Positions 6,795 to 14,224 of a stretch of DNA of 24,000 nucleotides are shown here, in pieces. Position 1 is the first letter of the stretch; every line of letters starts with the position of its first letter. The stretch lies in contig MEPP01000018.1 in assembly GCA_001769855.1 (NCBI GenBank), forward strand, positions 9,547 through 33,546, given 5' to 3'. This DNA is from Bdellovibrionales bacterium GWA2_49_15 (GTDB lineage Bacteria > Bdellovibrionota > Bacteriovoracia > Bacteriovoracales > Bacteriovoracaceae). The translations under genes and the position numbers were made by a program. The notes under the pieces are model-generated. The model did not search any database. It was not told the origin of the DNA and saw nothing but the letters and a program-made list of their open reading frames with translations.

Positions 6795-6903
6795 CTGCCT
6801 GAAAAAAGGACTGATTGAAAAAAAATGCATCTGCTGTGTAATAAAATGCGGCCTCACCTCACTTACCAGTTGAAGGCAATTTTTTTAAAAGGGGTAATAG
6901 GGC

Positions 6904-9066
6904 ATGCAAAGGTCACTCATCTTCAAGATAATCACTTTCGCACTTCTCGTGACCCTCATCGCTCTCTTCTGGGTGTTTAGGCTAGATCGCTTTTTTACCT
7001 TGGATAATTTGAAAATCAGCAGGGAGGCCTTGCGTCAGTATTATCAGATACGGCCCGTCTTTGTGATCGCAAGCTATTTCACTGTCTATGTCGTATCAAC
7101 CGCCCTTTCTTTGCCAGGAGCAACGATCCTAACTCTGGCCGGAGGTGCAATTTTTGGTCTTTGGACAGGCACCCTCATTGTTTCTATTGCCAGCACATTG
7201 GGCGCAACAGCTGCGTTTTTAATGTCGCGCTTTTTACTCCATGATTTTGTTCAAAAACGTTTTGCGGACAAGCTTGCTTCTTTTAATGCTGGAGTTAAGA
7301 AGGATGGGGTCTTCTATCTATTTTCGTTGCGCCTGGTTCCTGTTTTCCCTTTTTTCCTGATCAACCTTGTAATGGGATTAACTGCCATTCCCGTCAAGAC
7401 GTTCTTTTTTATCAGTCAGCTTGGGATGCTCGCCGGGACCTTTGCCTACGTCAATGCGGGGACACGTTTAAGTAAAATAGATTCACTTAAAGGGATTCTT
7501 TCCTTTGAAGTACTATCGGCCTTTGCCTTTATTGGCATTCTTCCCCTCCTATCTAAATTCATGATTGATTTTTATCGCTCTCAAAAGGTCTTGCGCCACT
7601 TCCAAAGGCCCAAAATCTTCGAATACAATGTGGTTGTCATCGGTGCAGGTTCCGCAGGCCTGGTGGCTTCCTACTTCGCTTCTGCTGTCAAGGCCAAAGT
7701 TGCCTTAGTCGAGAAGCATAGAATGGGTGGAGACTGCTTAAATACCGGCTGTGTCCCAAGTAAGGCCCTTATTCGCTCTGCCAAAATTGTTTCCAATATT
7801 CGCCATGCAACTGACTTTGGGTTAAACGAGATTAAACCAGAATTCGATTTTGCCAGAATCATGGAGCGAGTTCAGAGAGTTGTGAGAACTGTTGCCCCCC
7901 ATGACTCGACTGAACGCTACTCTAAATTGGGAGTAGAATGTTTTCAGGGTGACGCGAAGATTATTTCGCCCTATGAAGTCAAAGTCGGCGAGGAAATTCT
8001 TACCGCACGAAATATTATTGTGGCCACAGGTGCCAGTCCCTTGGTGCCACCGATCCCAGGACTAAACGATATTACCTATCTAACCAGCGACACGATCTGG
8101 AATTTACGTCAGCTTCCCAAAAAATTTCTTATCTTGGGTGGTGGCCCAATTGGTTGCGAGTTGGCCCAGGCGTTTGCTCGCTTTGGATCGGAAGTGCATA
8201 TCGTGGAGATGGCCCCACGGCTCATGATCCGTGAAGATGCCGATGTGTCTGAACATATTACCCAACGTTTTACCAATGATGGAATTACCGTTCATGTGGG
8301 AACGAAGGCAAAAGGGGTTAGGCGTGACGGAGAAACAAAATATTTATTGTGTGAGAAAAATGGGAATGAAACACGCATAGAGTTTGATGAAATTCTTTTG
8401 GCCTTGGGACGAAAAGCGAATGTAAGTGGTTTTGGCTTGGCAGAATTGGGGGTTGAAATTTCCACGCGCGGAACCATCGACCATGATGAATTCTTGAGAA
8501 CAAATTACCCCAATATTTACGTGTGTGGAGATGTTGCGGGCCCATATCAATTTACTCACACCGCCGCCCATCAGGCTTGGTATGCCATGGTTAATGCACT
8601 TTTTGCTCCCTTTAAGAAATTTAAAGTTGATTACCGTGTGATTCCATGGTGCACCTTTACAGACCCCGAAGTGGCACGTGTGGGAGTGAACGAACAAGAG
8701 GCCAAGGAAAAGGGGATTGCTTGTCAGGTGTCGAAGTATGCGATCGATGATCTCGATCGAGCCATTGCCGAAGACCAGGCCTATGGTTTTGTGAAGGTCC
8801 TCACGATTCTGGGTACAGATAAAATCTTAGGCGTAACCATCGTTGGCCCCCATGCAGGTGACATCATTGCTGAATATGTGGTTGCTATGAAACACGGTAT
8901 CGGTATGAACAAGATTCTCGGGACGATTCACATTTATCCAACCTTTGCCGAGGCCAACAAATACGTAGCGGGAGTTTGGAAACGGGCAAATGCTCCTCAG
9001 TTTGCACTAAACATGCTTGCACGTTTTCATGCGTGGCGAAGAGGAAATGCAAAGGGGATTGTATGA
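6904..9066 (+). CDS. Fusion protein: N-terminal DedA/TVP38/TMEM64 (SNARE-associated) membrane domain plus C-terminal FAD-dependent pyridine nucleotide-disulfide oxidoreductase (class I, CxxxxC)
   Basis: The N-terminal ~230 aa are polytopic and carry the DedA-type motif LPGATILTLAGGAIFG. The rest has the FAD fold YNVVVIGAGSAGLVAS, the redox disulfide GGDCLNTGCVPSK, the NAD fold LILGGGPIGCELAQ, and the dimerisation-domain pair HIYPTFAE. It has no C-terminal Cys pair and no NmerA domain. Confidence 0.85.
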   Translation: MQRSLIFKIITFALLVTLIALFWVFRLDRFFTLDNLKISREALRQYYQIRPVFVIASYFTVYVVSTALSLPGATILTLAGGAIFGLWTGTLIVSIASTLGATAAFLMSRFLLHDFVQKRFADKLASFNAGVKKDGVFYLFSLRLVPVFPFFLINLVMGLTAIPVKTFFFISQLGMLAGTFAYVNAGTRLSKIDSLKGILSFEVLSAFAFIGILPLLSKFMIDFYRSQKVLRHFQRPKIFEYNVVVIGAGSAGLVASYFASAVKAKVALVEKHRMGGDCLNTGCVPSKALIRSAKIVSNIRHATDFGLNEIKPEFDFARIMERVQRVVRTVAPHDSTERYSKLGVECFQGDAKIISPYEVKVGEEILTARNIIVATGASPLVPPIPGLNDITYLTSDTIWNLRQLPKKFLILGGGPIGCELAQAFARFGSEVHIVEMAPRLMIREDADVSEHITQRFTNDGITVHVGTKAKGVRRDGETKYLLCEKNGNETRIEFDEILLALGRKANVSGFGLAELGVEISTRGTIDHDEFLRTNYPNIYVCGDVAGPYQFTHTAAHQAWYAMVNALFAPFKKFKVDYRVIPWCTFTDPEVARVGVNEQEAKEKGIACQVSKYAIDDLDRAIAEDQAYGFVKVLTILGTDKILGVTIVGPHAGDIIAEYVVAMKHGIGMNKILGTIHIYPTFAEANKYVAGVWKRANAPQFALNMLARFHAWRRGNAKGIV

Positions 9067-10037
9067 TAAATGAGTTAATTTTTCCATTCACACAGATGTT
9101 GGGGAAAAATAATCTAGAACTCACTCGCAACCCAACAGAGATTTTACAAATTAATGTGGGCAAGCTGTGCAATCAGGTTTGTCATCATTGTCATGTGGAA
9201 GCAGGGCCAAACCGCACGGAAATAATGACTAAAAGTGTCGTCAATCGCCTGTTAGAACTTTTGGCCGGGAGTCGCAGTATTCACACAGTGGATTTAACCG
9301 GCGGGGCCCCAGAATTGAATCCCCATTTCAGGACGTTAGTGAGGGAATGTCGCAAGCTCAACAAAAAGGTTATCAATCGATGTAACTTGACCGTGCTTTT
9401 TGAAGATGGCCAGGAGGATACGGCCGGTTTTTTACGGGAGCATCGAGTCCATGTGGTGGCCTCGCTTCCCTGCTATTCAAAAGAAAACTTGGAAAAGCAA
9501 CGCGGGGACGGAGTGTTCGATAAGAGCATCCGCGCACTTCGGATGCTCAATAGTCTAGGATACGGACTAAGAGAGGAGGCACCGCTGTTGGATCTTGTCT
9601 ACAATCCGCTAGGGGCGTTTCTGCCACCCACTCAGGAGACACTTGAGAATAAATATAAAGAAGAGCTGCGAAATCTTTTTGGCATCGAATTTAATCACCT
9701 TTACACCATTACCAATATGCCGATTAAGCGTTTTCTGCGAGAGCTTGAAAGAGCAGGAAAATTACAAAAATATATGGAATTACTCCTTGCCAATTTTAAT
9801 CCTAAGGCCGCTTTAGGAGTTATGTGTCGCTCACTTATCTCTGTGAGCTGGGATGGGAAAATCTTTGACTGTGACTTTAATCAGATGTTGGACCTTCCCC
9901 TTGTTGGAGTGACCAAAACTATCTGGGACATCAAAAGCTTTGCGGAAATTGAGATGAAACCTATTGCTCTAGGCAATCACTGCTATGGCTGTACAGCAGG
10001 AGCAGGAAGCTCTTGCAGTGGCACGGTAGCGAAATAA
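9063..10037 (+). CDS. arsS: Arsenosugar-biosynthesis radical SAM protein ArsS (TIGR04167-type radical SAM with C-terminal Cys-rich domain)
   Basis: The ATG at 9063 overlaps the upstream stop (ATGA), and the ORF track start at 8976 would overlap the previous gene by about 90 nt. The radical SAM cluster motif is CNQVCHHC within INVGKLCNQVCHHCHVEAGP. The C-terminal motif is HCYGCTAGAGSSCSG, the Cys version of the position that is Sec in some family members. Confidence 0.8.
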   Translation: MINELIFPFTQMLGKNNLELTRNPTEILQINVGKLCNQVCHHCHVEAGPNRTEIMTKSVVNRLLELLAGSRSIHTVDLTGGAPELNPHFRTLVRECRKLNKKVINRCNLTVLFEDGQEDTAGFLREHRVHVVASLPCYSKENLEKQRGDGVFDKSIRALRMLNSLGYGLREEAPLLDLVYNPLGAFLPPTQETLENKYKEELRNLFGIEFNHLYTITNMPIKRFLRELERAGKLQKYMELLLANFNPKAALGVMCRSLISVSWDGKIFDCDFNQMLDLPLVGVTKTIWDIKSFAEIEMKPIALGNHCYGCTAGAGSSCSGTVAK

Positions 10038-10058
10038 TAAAAGAAAGTGGAGGTGTAT

Positions 10059-11114
10059 ATGGCCAAAAATAATGATAACCCGATTGAAAGTGTCAAAGAG
10101 TATTATGGCGACGTTTTGAAATCAACTAAGGACCTAAAGACGAGTGCCTGTTGTGTTAACGGTGCTCCTCCTGCGCGAATTCGCGCCATTTTAAAAGACA
10201 TTCACCCAGAAGTTTTAGATAAGTTTTATGGTTGCGGTTCGCCTATTCCACCAGCGTTGGAGGGCAAAACTGTCCTTGATCTCGGCTCAGGAACAGGAAG
10301 GGATTGTTTTATTCTCTCCAAGCTTGTAGGAGGCACAGGCAAAGTCATTGGTGTTGATATGACTCAAAACCAGATTGATACCGCTAACAAGCACCTTGAT
10401 TTTCATACCAAGCAATGGGGGTATGCTCGGCCTAATGTGGTTTTTCGTCAGGGATATATCGAAGATTTGGAAAGTGTTGGGATTAAAAATGAATCCGTCG
10501 ATATTGTAATCTCAAACTGTGTTCTCAATCTTTCACCTAATAAGGAACGAGTATTTGCGGAAATATTTCGCGTCTTAAAGCCAGGAGGCGAGCTTTATTT
10601 CTCTGATGTTTTTGCCGATCGCCGAATTCCAAAAGAGCTGACAACTGATCCACTTCTTCTGGGTGAGTGTTTAAGTGGTGCCCTTTATATTGAGGATTTT
10701 CGTAGGATTCTTTCGCGACTTGGATGTCATGATTATCGGACTCTTTCAAAGTCGCAGATTGCCATTTCTGACTCTGAAGTTGAACACAAAATTGGAATGA
10801 TTAATTTTAACTCCATTACTATCCGTGCGTTTAAACTCGATCTTGAAGATCGTTGCGAAGACTACGGGCAAGTTGCCTACTATAAAGGCAGCATTGATGA
10901 GTGTCCGAATATTTTTACTCTGGATGATCATCATATCTTTACAAAGGATCAGCCGATGTTGATCTGTAAAAATACCGCTTCCATGCTGTCGCAGACACGT
11001 TTTGCCAAACACTTTAAAATAATAGGTGAGGCAAATAAGCATTTCGGTCCTTTCAATTGTGAGATGAATGGAGTTTCCAAGGTCGCAAACATGGCATTGT
11101 CCCCTTGCTGTTAG
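10059..11114 (+). CDS. arsM: Arsenite S-adenosylmethionine methyltransferase ArsM
   Basis: The ATG at 10059 lies 5 nt after gtggagg, and the track start at 10047 is a GTG inside that RBS. The SAM motif is VLDLGSGTGRDCF. Four Cys sit in the contexts expected for ArsM: TSACCV, FYGCGSP, SNCVLNL and LGECLSG. At 351 aa it has the right size. Confidence 0.85.
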   Translation: MAKNNDNPIESVKEYYGDVLKSTKDLKTSACCVNGAPPARIRAILKDIHPEVLDKFYGCGSPIPPALEGKTVLDLGSGTGRDCFILSKLVGGTGKVIGVDMTQNQIDTANKHLDFHTKQWGYARPNVVFRQGYIEDLESVGIKNESVDIVISNCVLNLSPNKERVFAEIFRVLKPGGELYFSDVFADRRIPKELTTDPLLLGECLSGALYIEDFRRILSRLGCHDYRTLSKSQIAISDSEVEHKIGMINFNSITIRAFKLDLEDRCEDYGQVAYYKGSIDECPNIFTLDDHHIFTKDQPMLICKNTASMLSQTRFAKHFKIIGEANKHFGPFNCEMNGVSKVANMALSPCC

Positions 11115-11124
11115 TTGATAGAAT

Positions 11125-11856
11125 ATGCACAACAAAGTAAAAGATTCGCTCAGTGTTATTATTCCTGTGGGCCCTGGCGAAGCGGCCTATTGCAAACTCT
11201 TGCAGGATTTATTTAATCGGCCCTTTGAACAAAGGATCGAAGTTATTTTCTCGGCAATAGAACAACCTCCTTCAGATTTAAATCAGAGCATCCCTCCTCA
11301 TGTTAAGTTCATTTGGATAGCTGGAAAAAAGGGTCGGGCCGAGCAGTTGAACCGAGGCGCCAAAGCAGCGATGGGTGAGACTTTATGGTTTGTCCACGCT
11401 GATAGTCGCTTTGATAATCCGCAAATCATGAAAATGCTCACAACAAAATGTGGACAGAAAAAAAACTCATTTTTCTATTTCGATTTACGTTTTTCTTCGG
11501 ATGGCCCACGCTTGATGCCTCTTAATCAATTAGGTGTATGGATTCGTTCACATATCTTTGGGATTCCTTTTGGGGATCAGGCCTTTGTCATTAATCGTCA
11601 TCTCTTCTGGCAATTAGGTGGTTTTCGTGAAGATGTTCCCTATGGCGAAGATCATCTGTTTGTGTGGGCAGCAAGACACGCCGGTTTTCCCATTCAGCCG
11701 ATTGGACATTATGTTTTCACCAGTGCACGACGCTATGAGCTTCATGGTTGGGGAAAGACAACCATCAAACATATGTGGCTGACATTCCTCCAGACCATAC
11801 CTCTGGCCATAAATCTTGTCTTCAAGAAACGATTGAAGAAAGGAAAGCAACTATGA
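11125..11856 (+). CDS. GT2-like transferase, TIGR04283-type (rSAM/selenodomain-associated, arsenosugar-cluster transferase 2)
   Basis: It shows LSVIIPVGPGE, LWFVHADSRF and IPFGDQAFVINRHLFWQLGGFRE..PYGEDHLF, the pattern of this GT2 subfamily. It sits between arsM and the DUF2064 gene, as in known clusters. Confidence 0.7.
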   Translation: MHNKVKDSLSVIIPVGPGEAAYCKLLQDLFNRPFEQRIEVIFSAIEQPPSDLNQSIPPHVKFIWIAGKKGRAEQLNRGAKAAMGETLWFVHADSRFDNPQIMKMLTTKCGQKKNSFFYFDLRFSSDGPRLMPLNQLGVWIRSHIFGIPFGDQAFVINRHLFWQLGGFREDVPYGEDHLFVWAARHAGFPIQPIGHYVFTSARRYELHGWGKTTIKHMWLTFLQTIPLAINLVFKKRLKKGKQL

Positions 11857-12569
11857 ATGCGGCCTTGGCCATCTTCGTGAAAACTCCTGGATTGTCGCCA
11901 GTCAAAACACGATTGGCTGCCAGTACAAACTCAAACTTTGCAGAGGAGTTCTATCTTCAGGCCATCGGGATTACACGTCTCGTTGTTTCAGCAGCGACTC
12001 AGGCGCAACCCGAGATAAACCCTTACTGGGCAGTGGCAGAGCAAGACGGCCTTGGACATTTTCTATGGAGTGACTTCTCCCGGCTAGGCCAGGGTGATGG
12101 CCCTCTCGGCGATCGTCTTGCATTCGTTTATAATGATCTCAAGAGACATCATGATGCTGTTATTTTTATTGGTGCCGATTGTCCCCTTCTCACTGCTCAG
12201 CACATCATCAGGGCATACGACCTTTTGGCCACAAGGCCAAGACAAGATCATTTCGTTATCGGACCGGCCCAAGACGGTGGCTTCTATCTTTTTGCAGGTG
12301 GGAAGCATATCTCCAAAGAAGAATGGAGTAGTGTTCAATATAGTCAAAGTGATACTAAAAACCAACTAAGCAAAATTTTAAATAAACGAGGAAGAGTCAT
12401 GGAACTTGAACCATTATCTGACATAGATACACACGATGATCTGATCGGTCTTGCTCAGACAATTGTGACAAAAGAAAATCTCCTTGATGTTCAGATTAAG
12501 CTACTTAATTGGATAGCAAAGAGTGAAAAGGAAAAAATAACTTCCTCTGCCGGGAACAAAAAATATTAA
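11853..12569 (+). CDS. DUF2064 / TIGR04282-type transferase (rSAM/selenodomain-associated, arsenosugar-cluster transferase 1)
   Basis: The ATG at 11853 overlaps the upstream stop (ATGA), and the track start at 11748 lies inside the previous gene. The N-terminus reads ALAIFVKTPGLSPVKTRLA. It also shows GDRL, VIFIGADCP and IGPAQDGGFYLFA, all typical of DUF2064. Confidence 0.75.
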   Translation: MNAALAIFVKTPGLSPVKTRLAASTNSNFAEEFYLQAIGITRLVVSAATQAQPEINPYWAVAEQDGLGHFLWSDFSRLGQGDGPLGDRLAFVYNDLKRHHDAVIFIGADCPLLTAQHIIRAYDLLATRPRQDHFVIGPAQDGGFYLFAGGKHISKEEWSSVQYSQSDTKNQLSKILNKRGRVMELEPLSDIDTHDDLIGLAQTIVTKENLLDVQIKLLNWIAKSEKEKITSSAGNKKY

Positions 12570-12677
12570 TGTTTAAATCTAATGTCTCAGGATTTTATGT
12601 GCAACACTCACAATCGCTTAATATTTCAGGTCTAAGGATGCGAAAGAACGCTTTAAGAAGAAGTTAGATATCATTTA

Positions 12678-12705
12678 TTGACCTCCTCCATCACAATGTT
12701 ATCAT
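12678..12705 (+). promoter_or_regulatory. Sigma70-like promoter TTGACC-N16-TATCAT upstream of PAP2 gene
   Basis: Direct reading gives ttgacc at 12678-12683 and tatcat at 12700-12705. A perfect 13 bp palindrome ATCAAC-T-GTTGAT follows at 12722-12734, then GGAG at 12735-12738, then the ATG at 12747. Confidence 0.4.
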
Positions 12706-12746
12706 ATCGTCGACTCAGGTTATCAACTGTTGATGGAGATTATTAA

Positions 12747-13427
12747 ATGGTGCAAAACTTTAAAATTACAAACTTAAGTATTCTATTTCTTCTGCTTGTC
12801 GGCCTCTCTTCCATTACCGGTAATCTGGCCCAGGCACAAGGACATCATCACCATGTTCTCTGTCATCTTAAAAAGTTTTTAGGCCCCTACCCTGCCAAGG
12901 GATCGGCGGAGGAGGCCGAAGACTTTGCCTTCCTTTTGTATCTTCAAGAAGTCAGAACACCTGAGCAGTGCGCTGAGGCGGCAAAGGAAGTTCATGTTAG
13001 CTTGGAGACTTTTTTCGGTGGCGAAAATGGTCCACTGTCGCCAGCGGAAGTTAAACGTCTTAAGTTTTTCCTCTACTATCATTTTCTTAAAGCTGGCATC
13101 CATTCCACGGTTGGCAAACAAATTTTTAAACGTCCACGCCCCTATGTCGCCAATCCAGCTCTTGTTCCCTGTATCGAAAAGGCAAAATCCTATGCCTACC
13201 CAAGCGGTCACGCCGCAGTCGCAAGAGTTTTTGCCCGAGTGCTTGCCAAGAAATTTCCTGAACGTGCCGCTCTTTTCTTAGAGCGCGGAGACGCTGTTGG
13301 TATGAATCGAATGTTAGGTGGCGTCCATCACCCCACTGATATTGACGCAGGGCAAAGGCTCGGTGATGCCCTCACTCATCGCCTTTTTTCTTCACCAGAA
13401 TTTTTACAAAAGTTAGATAAGCTTTAA
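12747..13427 (+). CDS. Secreted PAP2-superfamily (class A acid phosphatase-like) phosphatase
   Basis: It has a signal peptide. All three PAP2 motifs are present: K-x6-RP (KQIFKRPRP), PSGH, and R-x5-H-x3-D (NRMLGGVHHPTD). Confidence 0.85.
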   Translation: MVQNFKITNLSILFLLLVGLSSITGNLAQAQGHHHHVLCHLKKFLGPYPAKGSAEEAEDFAFLLYLQEVRTPEQCAEAAKEVHVSLETFFGGENGPLSPAEVKRLKFFLYYHFLKAGIHSTVGKQIFKRPRPYVANPALVPCIEKAKSYAYPSGHAAVARVFARVLAKKFPERAALFLERGDAVGMNRMLGGVHHPTDIDAGQRLGDALTHRLFSSPEFLQKLDKL

Positions 13428-13536
13428 AAAACTACTGACACTTCATTCCACCCTTGATGCAGGCGGAGACTCTGCAAGGCTTCTGCATTCTCTATCCCGC
13501 CAAGCTGCAAGCACGAGGCAGGGACGAGGACCCGAT

Positions 13537-14073
13537 TTACGAATTTGACTTGATGGCATCAGTTGTAAGCAGGTCCTCAAAAAAGTAAGCTGAAAGTTCA
13601 CTCCTGGATTTTACACCTGCCTTCTTATAGATAGTATTGGCATGATTTCTGATGGTTCGATCGGAGCAATTTCTTATATCGGATATTTCTTTGAGACTTA
13701 GGCCTTTGATAATAAGAAGAGCGATATCACGTTCGGAGGATGTGAGTTCCCAGTCGGTAAATGTACTTTCAAGGTGCTGTTGAAAGTCTTTGGCGAAATA
13801 GGCAGATCTTTTCTTCCAACGGACCAAATCGGCTTCAAGCTGACCCATTGCATTCCTGAAGCGATGACGATTGTCGACGAATAAGCTCCAGCCAATCACA
13901 GAGCCAACAGATACGGCTGCTACCATCCCAATCTCGGCCAATACATTCCTAAATGATAAAAAGGAAAATCCTCCGTCCTGAAGTTTGATTTGAACATCTC
14001 CGACGATGAGCAGGGCAAATGCACCAATTGCTATAGCTAAGCAGATAAGTTTTACTAGATTAGATTTTGTCAT
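13537..14073 (-). CDS. Membrane-anchored LuxR/FixJ-family HTH regulator (two N-terminal TM helices, no receiver domain)
   Basis: The TM segments are LVKLICLAIAIGAFALLIV and IGMVAAVSVGSVIGWSLFV. The C-terminal LuxR HTH reads LTSSERDIALLIIKGLSLKEISDIRNCSDRTIRNHANTIYKKAGVKSRSEL. Confidence 0.75.
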   Translation of the reverse strand: MTKSNLVKLICLAIAIGAFALLIVGDVQIKLQDGGFSFLSFRNVLAEIGMVAAVSVGSVIGWSLFVDNRHRFRNAMGQLEADLVRWKKRSAYFAKDFQQHLESTFTDWELTSSERDIALLIIKGLSLKEISDIRNCSDRTIRNHANTIYKKAGVKSRSELSAYFFEDLLTTDAIKSNS

Positions 14074-14224
14074 GTATTACGCGATAAGTTGGCGGCATTT
14101 TCCTAAATGTCACGGCATATTTTTGCTCATAATGACTAATGACTCATATCTATTTTTAAGTATGACTGTCAATATTCTTCGATCAACTAGTTGCCGAGCA
14201 GCATTAGAGATTAAAGGATATGCA

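Noticed and set aside
8976-9062. Upstream extension of the ArsS ORF (METGKCSSVCT...)
   Set aside because: It lies entirely inside the 3' end of the DedA::reductase gene in another frame. The ATG at 9063 forms a classic ATGA coupling overlap and gives a family-typical length of about 324 aa.
6904-9066. Calling the flavoprotein fusion a mercuric reductase (MerA)
   Set aside because: It lacks the C-terminal vicinal Cys pair and the N-terminal heavy-metal-associated (GMTCxxC) domain required for Hg(II) reduction. No merR, merT or merP genes are nearby.
9990-10037. Possible selenocysteine recoding in the ArsS C-terminal motif, since some family members are selenoproteins
   Set aside because: The motif GAGSSCSG is encoded with an ordinary TGC Cys codon. 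There is no in-frame TGA, and the ORF is uninterrupted.
11748-11852. Upstream extension of the DUF2064 ORF (MGKDNHQTYV...)
   Set aside because: It overlaps the GT2 gene by 105 nt. The ATG at 11853 (ATGA overlap) starts exactly at the conserved ALAIFVKTPGLSPVKTRLA N-terminus.
14006-14224. Long N-terminal extension of the PAP2 ORF, using the track start at 14006
   Set aside because: It would overlap the divergent LuxR-type gene (13537..14073) by 68 nt and add about 70 residues of non-PAP2, non-signal sequence. A GTG at 14225 preceded by aaagga gives a normal hydrophobic N-terminus.
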